NCBI GenBank assembly: GCA_004431415.1
Contig: QPMI01000493.1
Span: 181,731-245,730 of the forward strand
DNA from: Cyanophora paradoxa CCMP329
Taxonomy: Eukaryota > Plantae > Glaucophyta
DNA length: 64,000 nucleotides
Reading direction: 5' to 3'
In this document: in pieces, positions 48,805-60,600 of the stretch
How positions within the stretch are numbered: the stretch's first letter is position 1
How the letters are laid out: the number at the start of each line of letters is the position of its first letter
Position numbers and translations under genes: made by a program
Notes under the pieces: model-generated
What the model was told of the DNA's origin: nothing
Seen by the model: only the letters and a program-made list of their open reading frames with translations
The model's database searches: none

Positions 48805-50379
48805 TCAGGGGCGAGAGGTGGATTTTGTTCTTGAGCGGGCGAGTCCGCGAGTGCGGGGTCGATCGCCGGCTCGTCGGCGTTCACAGCAGTCTTCCGAGGC
48901 CGACCAACGCGGGGACGGGCTTGAGACTCGGAGAGACGCGTGCGGAACGGAAGCATGCAGTCGATGTGGCAACAGTCTCACGCAGAGGACGGGTACGGGC
49001 ATCGTCCTTGGCGGAGTAGGGCTTAGCCGACCCTTGACCGTGTAGGTGTAACCGCCAGGGTTAACACCAGTCACAGTGTAGGGCCCGACCCACGAATTGT
49101 ACAGCCCTTTGTTGTGTTCGCCCATCCAGCACAATACCTTGTCGCCAACCTCAAAGCGGCGACGATGAGGCGGGTTGCCGGTGCGAGCAACCATGCGGTT
49201 CCGATAGAACCGACGGTACTCGCGCGAGGCAGCGTCGGCGCTCGCTGCAGCTCGCGTCATCGCGAGAAGGTAATCAGCCGGGTGCGTGTGGTCGGGGTTC
49301 ACGAAGCGGACGCCGGCTCCGAAGCGCACTTCGCAGGGCAGGTGCACTTCAGAACCGCGGTGCAAGACCATCGGGGAGAACCCGGTGGCGGAGTGCACGG
49401 TGGTCCGCAACGCGAGAACGATATCGGCGTTGTAAAGAGGCCAGTCAGAGAGCGGCCGCTTGTGCTCACGGCACATGGCGTAAGCGAGAGTCTTGTAGAC
49501 TCCGCCCAGGCGCTCGGCGCCGCCGTTCGAGGCGTGGTGGTAGGCGGCCGCGTGCACGAACCGGGTACCCTTCTCCTTGAAGAACGCGTTCCACGCGCCC
49601 CCAACGAGTTGGGACCCGCGGTCCGTCAGGATGCGCGCGGGCACGCCCTCGTGCGTATAGAAGTCGATCGCGGTGGCGAGCAAGGCCTCGCCGGAGATAC
49701 GGGAGAGCGGGTAGATATAGCAGAACTTGGTGTATGCGTCGACGTACGCGATGATGTATCGCGAACCGTCTTCGTGCATATCCAAGTGGAAGATATCCAC
49801 CTGCCACAGGTCTCCCTTGCCCGAAGGCTGTATCACCTGAATGGCGGTACGGCGGGGCTTCGCGGCCTTCGCGAACTGACAGTGCGGGCACGACCGCACA
49901 AAGCGAGCGATGGAGGCGTACATGCCAGGCCACCAGAACCGCAGGGCGATCCGACGGGCTATCACGGGCGCGCCTCGATGGGCCCAGCCCTCGTGATAGG
50001 CGTAGAGCACCCTGTCGATCCAAGCGTCCGGCAAGACGGGTAGGAACCGGCCGGCAGGGACCAAGGGGTTGCGCTCGATGACGCCGTCGTCGGCCAGGCT
50101 GAACTCGCCGGCCAGGCGTGCAAAGCGCTCCTTGGCCCGCAGGCAGTGAGCGCAGCTGGGCGAGCAGGGATCTGCGTCGCGCCTCGAGCCGCGGGTACAG
50201 ACAGTTGGATTCTCGCCTCTGCGTGGAAGGCGAGAAGCTTCTTGCAGAAGGAATCCTCCTTCTGAGCGCGAGCAGACGCTTGCGCTTCTCGGGCGGGAAC
50301 ATACGGCGCAGCGCGTCGGGAGCGCCCCATCGACGGCTGGCGAGGGTCCGCAGGCCCACGCGTCGAGGACGGTATCCAC
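48805..50379 (-). CDS. Gypsy integrase (HHCC, DDE, GPY/F)
   Basis: HEGWAH...CPHC, WQVDIF, LTDRGSQ, NGGAERL, TGFSP, FEVGDKVL, WVGPYTV. Confidence 0.95.
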   Translation of the reverse strand: MDTVLDAWACGPSPAVDGALPTRCAVCSRPRSASVCSRSEGGFLLQEASRLPRRGENPTVCTRGSRRDADPCSPSCAHCLRAKERFARLAGEFSLADDGVIERNPLVPAGRFLPVLPDAWIDRVLYAYHEGWAHRGAPVIARRIALRFWWPGMYASIARFVRSCPHCQFAKAAKPRRTAIQVIQPSGKGDLWQVDIFHLDMHEDGSRYIIAYVDAYTKFCYIYPLSRISGEALLATAIDFYTHEGVPARILTDRGSQLVGGAWNAFFKEKGTRFVHAAAYHHASNGGAERLGGVYKTLAYAMCREHKRPLSDWPLYNADIVLALRTTVHSATGFSPMVLHRGSEVHLPCEVRFGAGVRFVNPDHTHPADYLLAMTRAAASADAASREYRRFYRNRMVARTGNPPHRRRFEVGDKVLCWMGEHNKGLYNSWVGPYTVTGVNPGGYTYTVKGRLSPTPPRTMPVPVLCVRLLPHRLHASVPHASLRVSSPSPRWSASEDCCERRRAGDRPRTRGLARSRTKSTSRP

Positions 50380-51458
50380 GAAGACCGGCTTGCACGGCGG
50401 GCGAACGTCCCGGCCTCTAGGGTCGAGTTCTACCCACCGCTGCGGGGCAGCGGCCTCGGCGGCGACCGTCTCAGGCTCGAGCGGGGCGGCGTCGTCGGAA
50501 GCCTGCCCGCGGGCAGAGGGGCGACCTCGAGCCCGCGGCGCTGGCTTGGGGTCCGGGGGACCGGCCGAACGCGGATCTGGTGGCGAGCAGTCTCCGGGGA
50601 GAGCGAGCGTCGGCGCGGAGGCCCGGGAGGCGGCTCGCCCTCAGGGTCCTCCGGCTCCCACTCAATATGAATCGGCACCGGCCGATCCGAGGGGTCGACC
50701 GGGGAGCGCCAGTGGCGCGTGTTGTACTCATCTCGAGGCTGCCGCCTCAAGGCGGGGCCGCGAGGGAAGAGCGCGTCGGGATGCAGGGCCGCGGCTCGGC
50801 AAATCCCTTGGCGCCCCACCGACGGGGCCCGGTTTCCGAGCGCTTCGGGACTCGCTCCGCAAGAGCGAGGGGGAAGCCGTCAGCGTCGCAGGCGTCGGAG
50901 GGACAGGCCCTTCCGGCAGCGACTCGTCATCGATCTCGCCCGAGGCCTCGGCCTCTGCGTGAGCGTCCTCTAGCAGCGCGGCCGGGCGCCCAGGTCGCCC
51001 TCAGGGGCGTCGGGCATCTCCGCGTCCGAGGGAGCCTCGCGCTCCTCGACAGCGGGCGCCGGGCCCGGCTCTCGTCGTTTCGGGGGCGGCGAGACCGACT
51101 CTGGCGCGGGAGGCGCGAAGCGCTCTGGGGCGGCCCGCGCTCGCTTGCGCGTGGCGGCGTCAGTAGCCGAGGCGGAGGCCTTGGCCTCAGCGAACCCAGC
51201 CGACGCAGCAAGCTTGGCGAGCTCGCGGGGCAGGCGTCGCGGCGCGCGCTCTGGCGGCGGGGGCTCGGCGTCGGAATCGGTTTCCGCAGCACCGCCAGCC
51301 TCACCCTCAGGCTCGGGCGCGGGCGCTTCAGGGGCGCCGGCGTCGGGCTCGCCTCAGGAGCACTGGCTGGCACAGGGGCCGCGACTCCTCCTCTGCATAA
51401 GAGGAGCGGCCCGGCGGGAAGAGGGGGCGCTCGCAGGCGCCGCCCGGGCGCTCGGCGT

Positions 51459-53166
51459 CTAGCGGCTCGGCCACCCTCGCTGGGGCTTCCGCGCGGAAGC
51501 CGGCGGAGTTGGCGAGCTGGCGCAGGGCCCGCTCGGTCGGGCCCAGCTGCATCCTAAAGATGCCAGCGGGACGTCGGGATCCTCAGGCTCAGCCCCTACA
51601 GCATGTTGCGGGATGCCGAAGCCTTCGGCGCCCTTGTAGGCCGCGGGCTTGGACGAGGAACCGTCTGCACCGCCTGGCTGCCAGACGGGGTGGTCCTTAG
51701 GGAGACGCGAGCACGCGTCGGGACCCCCGTTCTGCTTGCCAGGGCGGTAGACGATCTCAAAGTCGTAGGCCTGCAAGAGCAGGGACCAGCGACCGAGGCG
51801 GCCCGTCGTCGGGTCCAGCGTCTTCAGCCACTGGAGGGCGTGGTGGTCGGTCCGCACCAGGAACTGGGGGCCGCCCAGCAGATAGTGGCGCCAATACTTA
51901 ATGGCCCAGACTACTGCGAGGCACTCCAGCTCCGTAGCGGAGTAGTTCATCTCGGCCGGCAGCAGCGTGCGGCTGATGAACGCGAGCGGCCGCTCGACGC
52001 CTTTGTCGTCGGCCTGGCTCAGAATTGCGCCGATAGCGTAGGTGCTGGCGTCCGTCTGGAGAATGAAGGGCTTCGAGAAGTCCGGGAACCGCAATATAAT
52101 ATCGCGGCCCAGGAGTTCTTTCAGCTCCTTAAAGGCGCGGTCGGCGGGGCCGTCCTCTGGCCAACTCCAGACGGCGTCCTTCAATAGAAGGCGCTGCATG
52201 GCGTGCACCACTTTGGAGAAGTTCTCGACAAAGCGGCGGTAGTAGCCGGCGAGGCCGAGGAACGAGCGGAGCTCGTCCGCGTTCTTCGGCGTCTGCCAGT
52301 CCGTGATCACCTTGGTCTTCGCAGGGTCCTGGCGGATCCCTTCGGCGGAGATGCGGTGGCCGAGAAGGTCGATTTCAGGCACGCAGAAGCGGCACTTCGA
52401 CGGCTTCAGGCGCAGGTTCGCCTTAGAGATCGTCTCGAAGAGCGCCTTCAAGTCTAGAAGGTGCTGATCGATGGACGGTGAGAAGACCGTGATATCGTCG
52501 ATGTACGCGACGACGCAGGTGGTCAGCAAGGGGCCCAGGATCGCAGTGATCGCGCGGGAGAATGCCGCGGGCCCGTTCGTGACCCCAAACGGCGTAACCT
52601 TCCACTGAAAGTGACCCCAGGGGACCACAAATGCAGTGTAGGCTCGGAGCCGGGGTGCAGAGGCAACTGCCAGAAGCCGGCAGTCGCGTCAGCAGTCGAG
52701 AAGACCATCGAGCCGCGGAGGCGCTCGAGCTGGTCGTCTATGCGGGGTAGGGGAAACACGTCCCGCTCGGTGATCTGATTCAGCCTCCGATAGTCGACAC
52801 AGAAACGCCAAGTGCCGTCCTTTTTGGGGCCAGCACTACCGGCGAGCCATATGCCGCTTGGGAGGGCTCGATCAGCCCAAGCTCAAGGAGTTTCTGAATT
52901 TCCTTGCGGGCGTGTTCCTCGGCGTGCGGGTTCATACGCCGCGGAGGCGTGAACACCGGAAGGCGAGTCGTGAGTTTGATCACGTGCTCGTAATAGAGCA
53001 GGTTGCTGGTGCCCTCTTTGGCCTCGACCTTGTCTGCGAAGACATCCTTGTAGCGCCGCAGGAGCGCGTGAAGTTCGGCTTTCTGCGCCGTCGTGATTGA
53101 CGGGTGAGAGCCGAGCTCAGGAATCTTCTTCAGCAGCTCTTGCCACTCCTCCTCTGCATTAGGCAC
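51459..53166 (-). CDS. Gypsy reverse transcriptase and RNase H (frameshifted)
   Basis: IEPSQAAYGSPVVL, FPLPRIDD, PFGVTNGPAAF, AYIDDI, LQTDAS, NYSATELECLA, RTDHHAL, PDACSR; at least two frame breaks near 52620-52830. Confidence 0.95.
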
Positions 53167-53799
53167 CGGCCGCGGTGCCTCAGCGGGCTTCGCGTCGGGT
53201 GCTGCAGTCGTAGGGGTGGGGCATCGGGCCGGGCCGAAAGCGAGGCTGTGACCACACTCTGGGGTGGGGCCTCGGCGTCGGCGACCGGTGCGGCCTTGCG
53301 GACCGTAACGTCGCCGCGCATGGCGCGGACTGCATCGAGCAAGTCGCGCTCCGCTTTTTCGGAGAGACCGGGAAGGTCGAGCGCAGGGTGGCGTCTCTGG
53401 GGACGGACACTGCCTCGACTGCGGCGACGAACTCGTCGACCGAGGGGCCTGTGATCGGGGCCGGCGTTGGGGACGCGCTTCGTGACGACGTGCTCATAGC
53501 ATCGTCGTCGAGGCTAATGATGCTCATAGCATCAAGGTCCTGCAACGGCCGGTCGGCTGTGTCGAAGGGCAGCTCGCCAAACGTGACGACTATATCGTCG
53601 ACGTCGTAGGGCGGTGCGCGGGGTGGGTCGGCGGGCTCAGCAGGCGCTGCGCTAGACAGAGCGCGCTGCTTTTCCGCCTCATCTACGACAGAACGTAGGG
53701 TGGAGATTATTTCTCAACGTCTTTGGCGGCTCATATGCCGCGCCAAGCATGCGTGCTTTTCTATTAAAGTGGCGGAGTCCAGTGCGGCGTTTGGCAGGC

Positions 53800-54600
53800 A
53801 CGATTCGCAGCCGGCGAATCAAGAGGTCTGTCAATGCACTCGCACTACAAGGCATTTGCTCAGGTTCGTACTCAAATCACCAGGCGGTAGGGCGACCGCC
53901 GAAGCGACCGCTACTACCGATCCTAGCGGCAGGGTTACCGGCTGCCGGCCAGGATTGCACAACCGCACGTGAAACATTTTGTCTCCCGGGTGATTATGCA
54001 GCTGGTAAGGGCAGAGTACGCCCAAGGCTTGCGGGGACTCCGGCGACGGCTCGACGTAGAGGTGCGGCAACTCACGCGTTGCCGGGCCCTGCCCATTGAG
54101 CGTGCATGGGACGAGGGCCTCTCCGACGGGGAGCTTTACTGGTCCCAGGACTCGGACCAGGATCCCAAGCTGGTCCGGAGCCGAAAAGGGACGACGACTT
54201 CGCGGTGCAGGTGGTCACGGGCCCGGAGGCACCACCCGGACAGCGTCGTGTCGATCTGGCCGTGGACGGCCTGGATCGCGTCCAGGCCGAGCAGAATGTC
54301 CGGCTCAACGCCCATGGCGCCGCGCGGGACGACGAAGACGCGGCGGCAGAAGCGGAGCGAGCCCAGAACGAAGACTACGTCGGCGCGGCGACAACGAATT
54401 TTGTCCCGGTCCATGAAACCGCGGACTATCGTGTGGCCCTCGACGTAATTGACTTCGTCGGCGGCAGGCGGTCGAGGACTTCCTGGGGAACTACAGTTCC
54501 CTGGGCGCCCGTGTCGACAACAATGCGAGCGGGCCGTTCAGCGCCGGAGCGGCCGTTCGGCAGGCGCATAGCAATGCTGCCGTGAATGTGCAGTGTCTTT
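53800..54600 (-). CDS. Retropepsin aspartic protease and downstream linker domain (frameshifted)
   Basis: ARIVVDTGAQGTVVP at about 54490-54530, DILLGLD, then VRLCNPGRQPVTLPLGSVVA. Confidence 0.85.
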
Positions 54601-57600
54601 GGCCGGAAGAATTCCAGGCCCGGTCGCGCGGGAAGCTAGGTCGGGCGCGGCGGACGTGGAATTCTGGTTCCGGCGGCGCGGGTGGACCCGACAGGTCCGT
54701 TGCGCTTGCGGTTGGGATGGGGCCGGGACTGGCGAGCCGCGGCTCGCTCGGCGACTCGGCGCTGCTCTGCCTGGTCGGCCAACGGCGAGGGCTTGGTCCG
54801 CTTGCGCGGGCCCGGGCCGTGGCGGTTGGCGTAGAGCAACTCGTCGCTGGCGGGTCATAGCCGGCGCGCGTTCCCAGCGGCGTCTCCTCTGCCGGGCGGG
54901 GCACGGCGAGGGACGGGCGGTTTTTGGAGCCCAGGGCGTGGCCCGCGGGCATGAGAGCTTCCTCGTCGGAGGTCAGGCCCTCGGGTAAATGATCGCGGCG
55001 GCCTCGAGCGCGTTCTGCGGGGCGAACGCCGCTGTCGGCGCTGAACCCGAGAACCACGCGCGAGTCGGCCGTGGCGGGCCTTGTAGCCCGTTTTGCGCAT
55101 CGAGATGCCGTAGCGGTCCATGATCGCCTGATGCACCGCGCGTAAGGCGGGCTCCAGGGTCTTTGGATCGACCTGCAGCATTTGCGCGGGGTTCGACAGC
55201 CAGTTGAAGACCAGCACGGTCGAGCGCGGCCCGAGCTTGTGCAGCAGGCGGCGGCCCAGGCCGGCGCAGGCTCGCGGCTCTTTGGTGGGGCCGGGCGGGC
55301 GGCGCGGCTGGCGCCGGCGGCGCGACTGTTTGAGCGGGCGGCTCGTGACGACCGTCTGGACGCGGCGGATCGAGATGTACTTCTCGTCCGCCGGCACCGG
55401 CACAGCGGCCGGACCGACGCCGGCGTATGCAAGTGGGCGGGAAGTCACAGGGCGCGCGGCCTCGTGCCCGCGGGGTGACGACGCTTCTGCGGCGGTGTAT
55501 ACCGCGAAGAAGGGCTTTGGGTTGGCTTTTGCCGCGGCCTGCATTGCCACGCGAGCCTCGTGCTGGCGCTCGCGCTCAAGCAAGGCTCGCCAGTCTTTGG
55601 TGCGATCGAGCGTGGCCCGCAGAGCCTCGAGATCGGCACGGGGCCCGTCTGGAGGAGCGAGATCATCATGCCCGTCTCCCAGCGGAGAGGCTGATCTGCA
55701 TATCGATGCCGGCCCGGAGGGCGCGGCAGACGTCTTCCAGGGCCCGCCGAGCGGCCTGCTTTGCCTGGGCGAAGGCTTCGTCTGAGACCTTCTGAGCGCC
55801 GCCGGGCTTGGCGCGCGTCTCGGCGTGGCTAGCGGCGGTGCGGATCTGGCGCTCGACTGTTTGAAGCCAAAGCCCCAATTCCGTGACCCCTTGGCCCCGG
55901 ATCTTCACGTCGCGGCAGCTCGAGCACTCGCGCACAAACTGCAGGAGGCCCCTGCTGGGACGTCAGCCTGGGGGTTGAAAGTCGTGGCGGCGGAGGCGCG
56001 CGGCGCGGCCACTGAGGCGCGCGGCTGCTCCGGCGTCGACTGGTCTGCGCGCGGCGGCTCGGCCTGGCTCGCACGCGATGACCGCTCCTGGGCCTGAGAG
56101 ATGGAGGCGCGACCCTCCGCAGGCTTGGACGGCGCCGCCGACTGCGGACCGGCCTCGCTCTGCCCTCAGGCCCCTCTAGAAAGGGCTGCTGGCGCTCGTT
56201 GCGTCCGCCCGTCGGCGGCTGCCCACCCGATGGTGGCGCGGCGGCGCGGGCCGAGGACGACGCGGACTGAGCGTCCATCTGGTTCTGGAGCTTGATCAGG
56301 ACCAGCGCGGTGGCCTGCTCAGCTCGCGCGGACGCCGAGAGCGAGTCTGGCATCTCAGCGTACTGCGCCTTCCAGACCATGTCGAAGAGCTCGCGCAATG
56401 TGGCGGGCAGCCTCGCAGGCGGGCGTCGTTCTCGTGCCGCTTGTACGCAGCGTCTACGGCGCCGCGCGGCGGGTCCGGCGGGCGGCGAGAGGACTGGCTG
56501 CTGCGAGGGCTGCGGCGGTCTCGCGGCGAGGCGCGGTCGCGCGAGCCCTTCTTCGAGCTTTTGCGCCGCTTATCGTCATGGCGGGGCTCCGGCTCGGGCT
56601 CCGATCGCGCGAGCGCGAGCGGGAGCTAGAGCGGACGGTGTTCGGCTCCGGCGGCGTTCCCGCGAGCCTCGGCGAGGGCTCCGCCTGTCGCGAGTGTCGC
56701 GAGCCGTGGACCGTCGCTCGGCGGGCTGCGGTCGCGGCGCGGCGGCGAGCGATCACGGCGGTCCGGGAGCGGCGGCGGGAGGCCTCGCGGTCCGGCGGTC
56801 CGGCGAAGGCGTCGGGAGCCCTCGCGATCGCGGCGTTCCAACGAACGGCGGGACGGCGGCGGCGCCCGGATTGCCGGTGGGGCTCCGGGGAGCGCTCGCG
56901 GCGCGTGGAGGGCCCGCGTCTCGCGCCTGTCTGGGGTGCGAGAGCGGCGACTGGACGGGGCTCGGCGCGGCTCGGGTGTGCGCGAGCGGCGCTGAGACGA
57001 GGCCCGCTCAGGGTCCGGCGGGCCTGCGACGCGCGACTGGCCGTGTCGTCCCTGCGGCTCGAGCTTGCCTCGGCCTGGCGGCTCGAGCTGGGCGGCGGCA
57101 TCAAGGTCCGGGAGGGAGTCTCAGCCGGCGGGGCTTGTCTGGCGGAGCGCTCTCGGCGATCCGCTCGACCTTCACCTTCCCGTCCGAGACGGTTACGCGC
57201 ATGGTCTTGGGGTCATACCCCTGCTGCCGCGCGAGGAACGCATCCAGCCCGAACGGGTCGTTCGGTCGACAGCGGGTTGTGCGGGTTGCGCCTGGCCACC
57301 GCCGCGGTCGCCGCCACGGTCACGGTGGCCTCGGCCGTCGCGACCGCGGTGCCGGCCGCCCCGCTGGTGACCCTGCCCGCGGCCGCCTCGGCCAACGGCC
57401 TGGCCCGCGTTGCGCCGGGCCGCGCTGCTGCGGCGCCGTCGGCGGCGCGGCGGTCTGCGCAGCGGCCTGCGCCGGCGCGGGCGCCGACGGGGTGGCGGAT
57501 GGCGCCGCCTCGGCGGGTCGTCGCGAGCCCGCCGACGATGGTTGAGGCGGCTGGAACCGCACGCCCGCCCACGTCGCGCGGACCGCTCCTTCGTAGATCG

Positions 57601-60600
57601 GCTGGTACGGCGTGCGAACCAGAAGGCTTTCGGCCTCCTTATCGACAGCCGCCGTCGCAGTCAGGCTGCGCCGGGCCGAGGGCGCGGCGCCCTTGTTCTG
57701 GACCGCGTCCCACATCAGCGCGGGCGCAGAGCCTCAACGTCCCAGTCGGGAGCACGGGTCGTCCGTCTCCCAGTCGATCGGGCGCGCGAGGCGGATCGCG
57801 ACATTCAGATCGGCGTAGAGCGAACGGAGCATCGTCTCGAACTGAGGCCGCAGGGTATAGCCTCATCGGTAAAGATGAGCCCAGCGGGAAGTTCCCGGGA
57901 CAGTTCTCCAGCTCCTCGGCGGCGCGGGCGGCCTCAAGGTGGCGCTGTATCCCACTCTTGCCCCGGCGCCAAGGTCATCGCCGGCGGGCCACGCGTCCTC
58001 GGCGCGGCCATCGGGGGCGAGCCGAGCTCAAGACGCTGGTACCCGAGACCGTGCGGCATGTTTGTGAGGTACGCGCGGATGCCGTCCGCCAGCGCGCGGG
58101 CATCCGAGTCGGCGCACTCATCCCTCGTCATAGTGCGCAAGAGGGCCCTGAAGACCTCGGCCACGTTCTGGGCATGGCGGCGTTCAGGGCGCACAGTTGT
58201 CCACCCGCTGCGCGAGCAGCGGATGCGGGGATACTGGAAGCCCTGCAGCATCGCGAGCAGGATCCGCCCACAGATCGCCGCACGACCCTCGTGGTCCGGC
58301 ACGACCGCATTGTTCGGGCAAACTTCCACGCAAGCGTGGATGACCGTCCGGGTACGTCGGCCTCGCGTCCGCGTCGAAGACCTTCTTGCCCTGAGGCAAG
58401 ACGTCGGACCCGCGGTCCGGCTTGGCCGTCGGCTTAGTCAGGAAGGCCTCGTGAATGAACACCATCAGACCGTCCGGCACCACGCAGCGGAACGAGTTCA
58501 ACACCTTGTTGAAGTCATCCATGTGATCGGCGACCGCCCGAGCGATCTCGGGGAGTAGTCAGCCGGCGTTCCGACTCGACGTCCATGGCCGCAGCGACAG
58601 AAAGTCATCAGCCCAGTGCTGGCTGCGGAGGTGCTTGCCCGGCGCGTGACGCTGGAAGAAGCGCGCGTGCCAGGCCAGCGTAAAACCGATGGCGTCGCGA
58701 GGATTTCCTCTTCCGCCGGGATCGGCGCCCAAGGGCACGTCCCCGGAGGTGAGTTCGGGAAAGGCGGCAGCTCGTAACCGAACGCGGTGACGAGCCGCGG
58801 TTCGCGTGGCTCTTCTTGGGCTGGCTCGCAAGCTGGGCGACCGTCACTGCGAGCCACAGCTTCTTGTTCTCGCGCTGGTGCGGCGCGCCCCCTGCGACGT
58901 CCTTGTCGCAGCAGCGTTCGGCGCGGGCGTGCCGTGCCTGCCACGAGGCGGGGCGCGTAGATGCGCCGCGTCTGCAGGCGACCCTCAACGTTCTCGACGC
59001 GCTTGTCGGCGAGCGGGCGCAGCAGGGCCAGCACGGCGACGTCGCGCGCGAAGCGGGTCGCGAACGGCGTCCTGGCGTCCTCCTCGTTCGGTCGGCGATG
59101 TTACCGCCAAGACTGAGGTGTGCAGGGTGGGGCGCTCGGGGTGCGGCATGTACGGCGGCGGGGCGTTCCGCGCGCCGCCGCCTTCGTGGAAGAAGGCGGT
59201 ATACAGCACCGCGAGACCTGGCCCAGGGTCGAACACACGGGTGCGTGGGCTGTGCCCTCGTGCGTGAGATCCCAGGCGCCCGTGTACGTCGGGACGGCAG
59301 ACTGTGCGGTACGGGTCCGACCGCGGGTACTGCACGATATCCAAGCTGACGCCGCAGGCGCGTGCGGGAATGCAAGCCCCTGCAGGTCGAAGAGCTCCGG
59401 ATCCTCGTCGAACGGCCGCTGAGGCGGGCCTACGAGCGAGAACCAGTTCACTATGCCGCGCGCGGCGGGCCGACGCGCTTGAGCATAGTTGAGCACAGCT
59501 CGCCCATGTGCTGGTCCTGCAGCGTGAGCACGTCGACGTTGTACTCGTCAACGTCGCCGGCGTGCTGCCAGCGCAAGGGTAGCTGATCGCGGGCAGCGTT
59601 GCCCATTCAGTGAACCCTGGCTCATAGCATTCCAGGGGCCGGAAAAACGCGTGTTTCCGGTCCATGTACTCGCGCAAGAGCTTGTGATCGTTGGCGTACG
59701 TCGGGTCCGCCAACGAGAACAGCGGCCGCGGCTGCCAGTCCTTGTGCGGCTCGAACGGCCTGTGCGCCGCCGCAGGGATGGCAGCCGGCGCTCTTCCTTC
59801 TCGCCCTCTTCCTCTTCGCTCTCGACATGGTCAATGTCGAGCGGCTCGAGGCGGGGCTCAGGCTCATCGGCGATGTAGGTGCCCACAAGCGCATCGTCGA
59901 ACGTGAACGACTGCCGTGCAGCGTGACGCTCGAGGGCATGCAAGACCTTCTCCTGGAAGGCCGCGCGCTGGGCGGTCAGGGCCAAGCCCCTGTGCGGGTC
60001 GCTCTCGGCGGCTTCCTCCTGCGCGCGCGTCCTAGCTGCAGGTGGCGGCGCAGCCAGCGAACCCCGTACGGGAACTCCAGGCCGGCGCGTTCCGCGGAGG
60101 AACGGTGGTCCCAACCGCCTCGGCGCGGAACATGGTGTGAGCACGCAAGAGGTACTGGGCCCACTGCGGCGGATGACGGCCGCGCTCGGGTTGAAGCGGC
60201 CCCCGTGCGTCCACCGCGGCAGGCGCGTGGCAGGGATCGTCCAACGCAGAGTCAGGAAGTGCTCCAACTGCTGCTCCGTCCACTCATGCAGGTGGAACGG
60301 GAGATCGTGGGAGTGGGCGTGACGGGCCACGGAGCCCCAGCGCGATCATGAAGAGCTCGAACGCGGCCGCGTTGAGCCGCGCGAGGCGAACGGTGCGATC
60401 GGCTCTGAGCGCGACGCGGCCTCCGGCGGCTCCTCGTGCGGCACGGGCGCCCATCCAGGCGGTTCTGGATTGGCGTGCTCCTCTCGCTGGCGAGAAACGC
60501 CTTGAGGTGCGGGACCCGCAGGTCCTCGAACGTGCCCTTCAGTGCGTCGAAGGGATGCTCCAGCGGTGGGCGAGATCAGACCGGGCCGTCATGGGCCACT

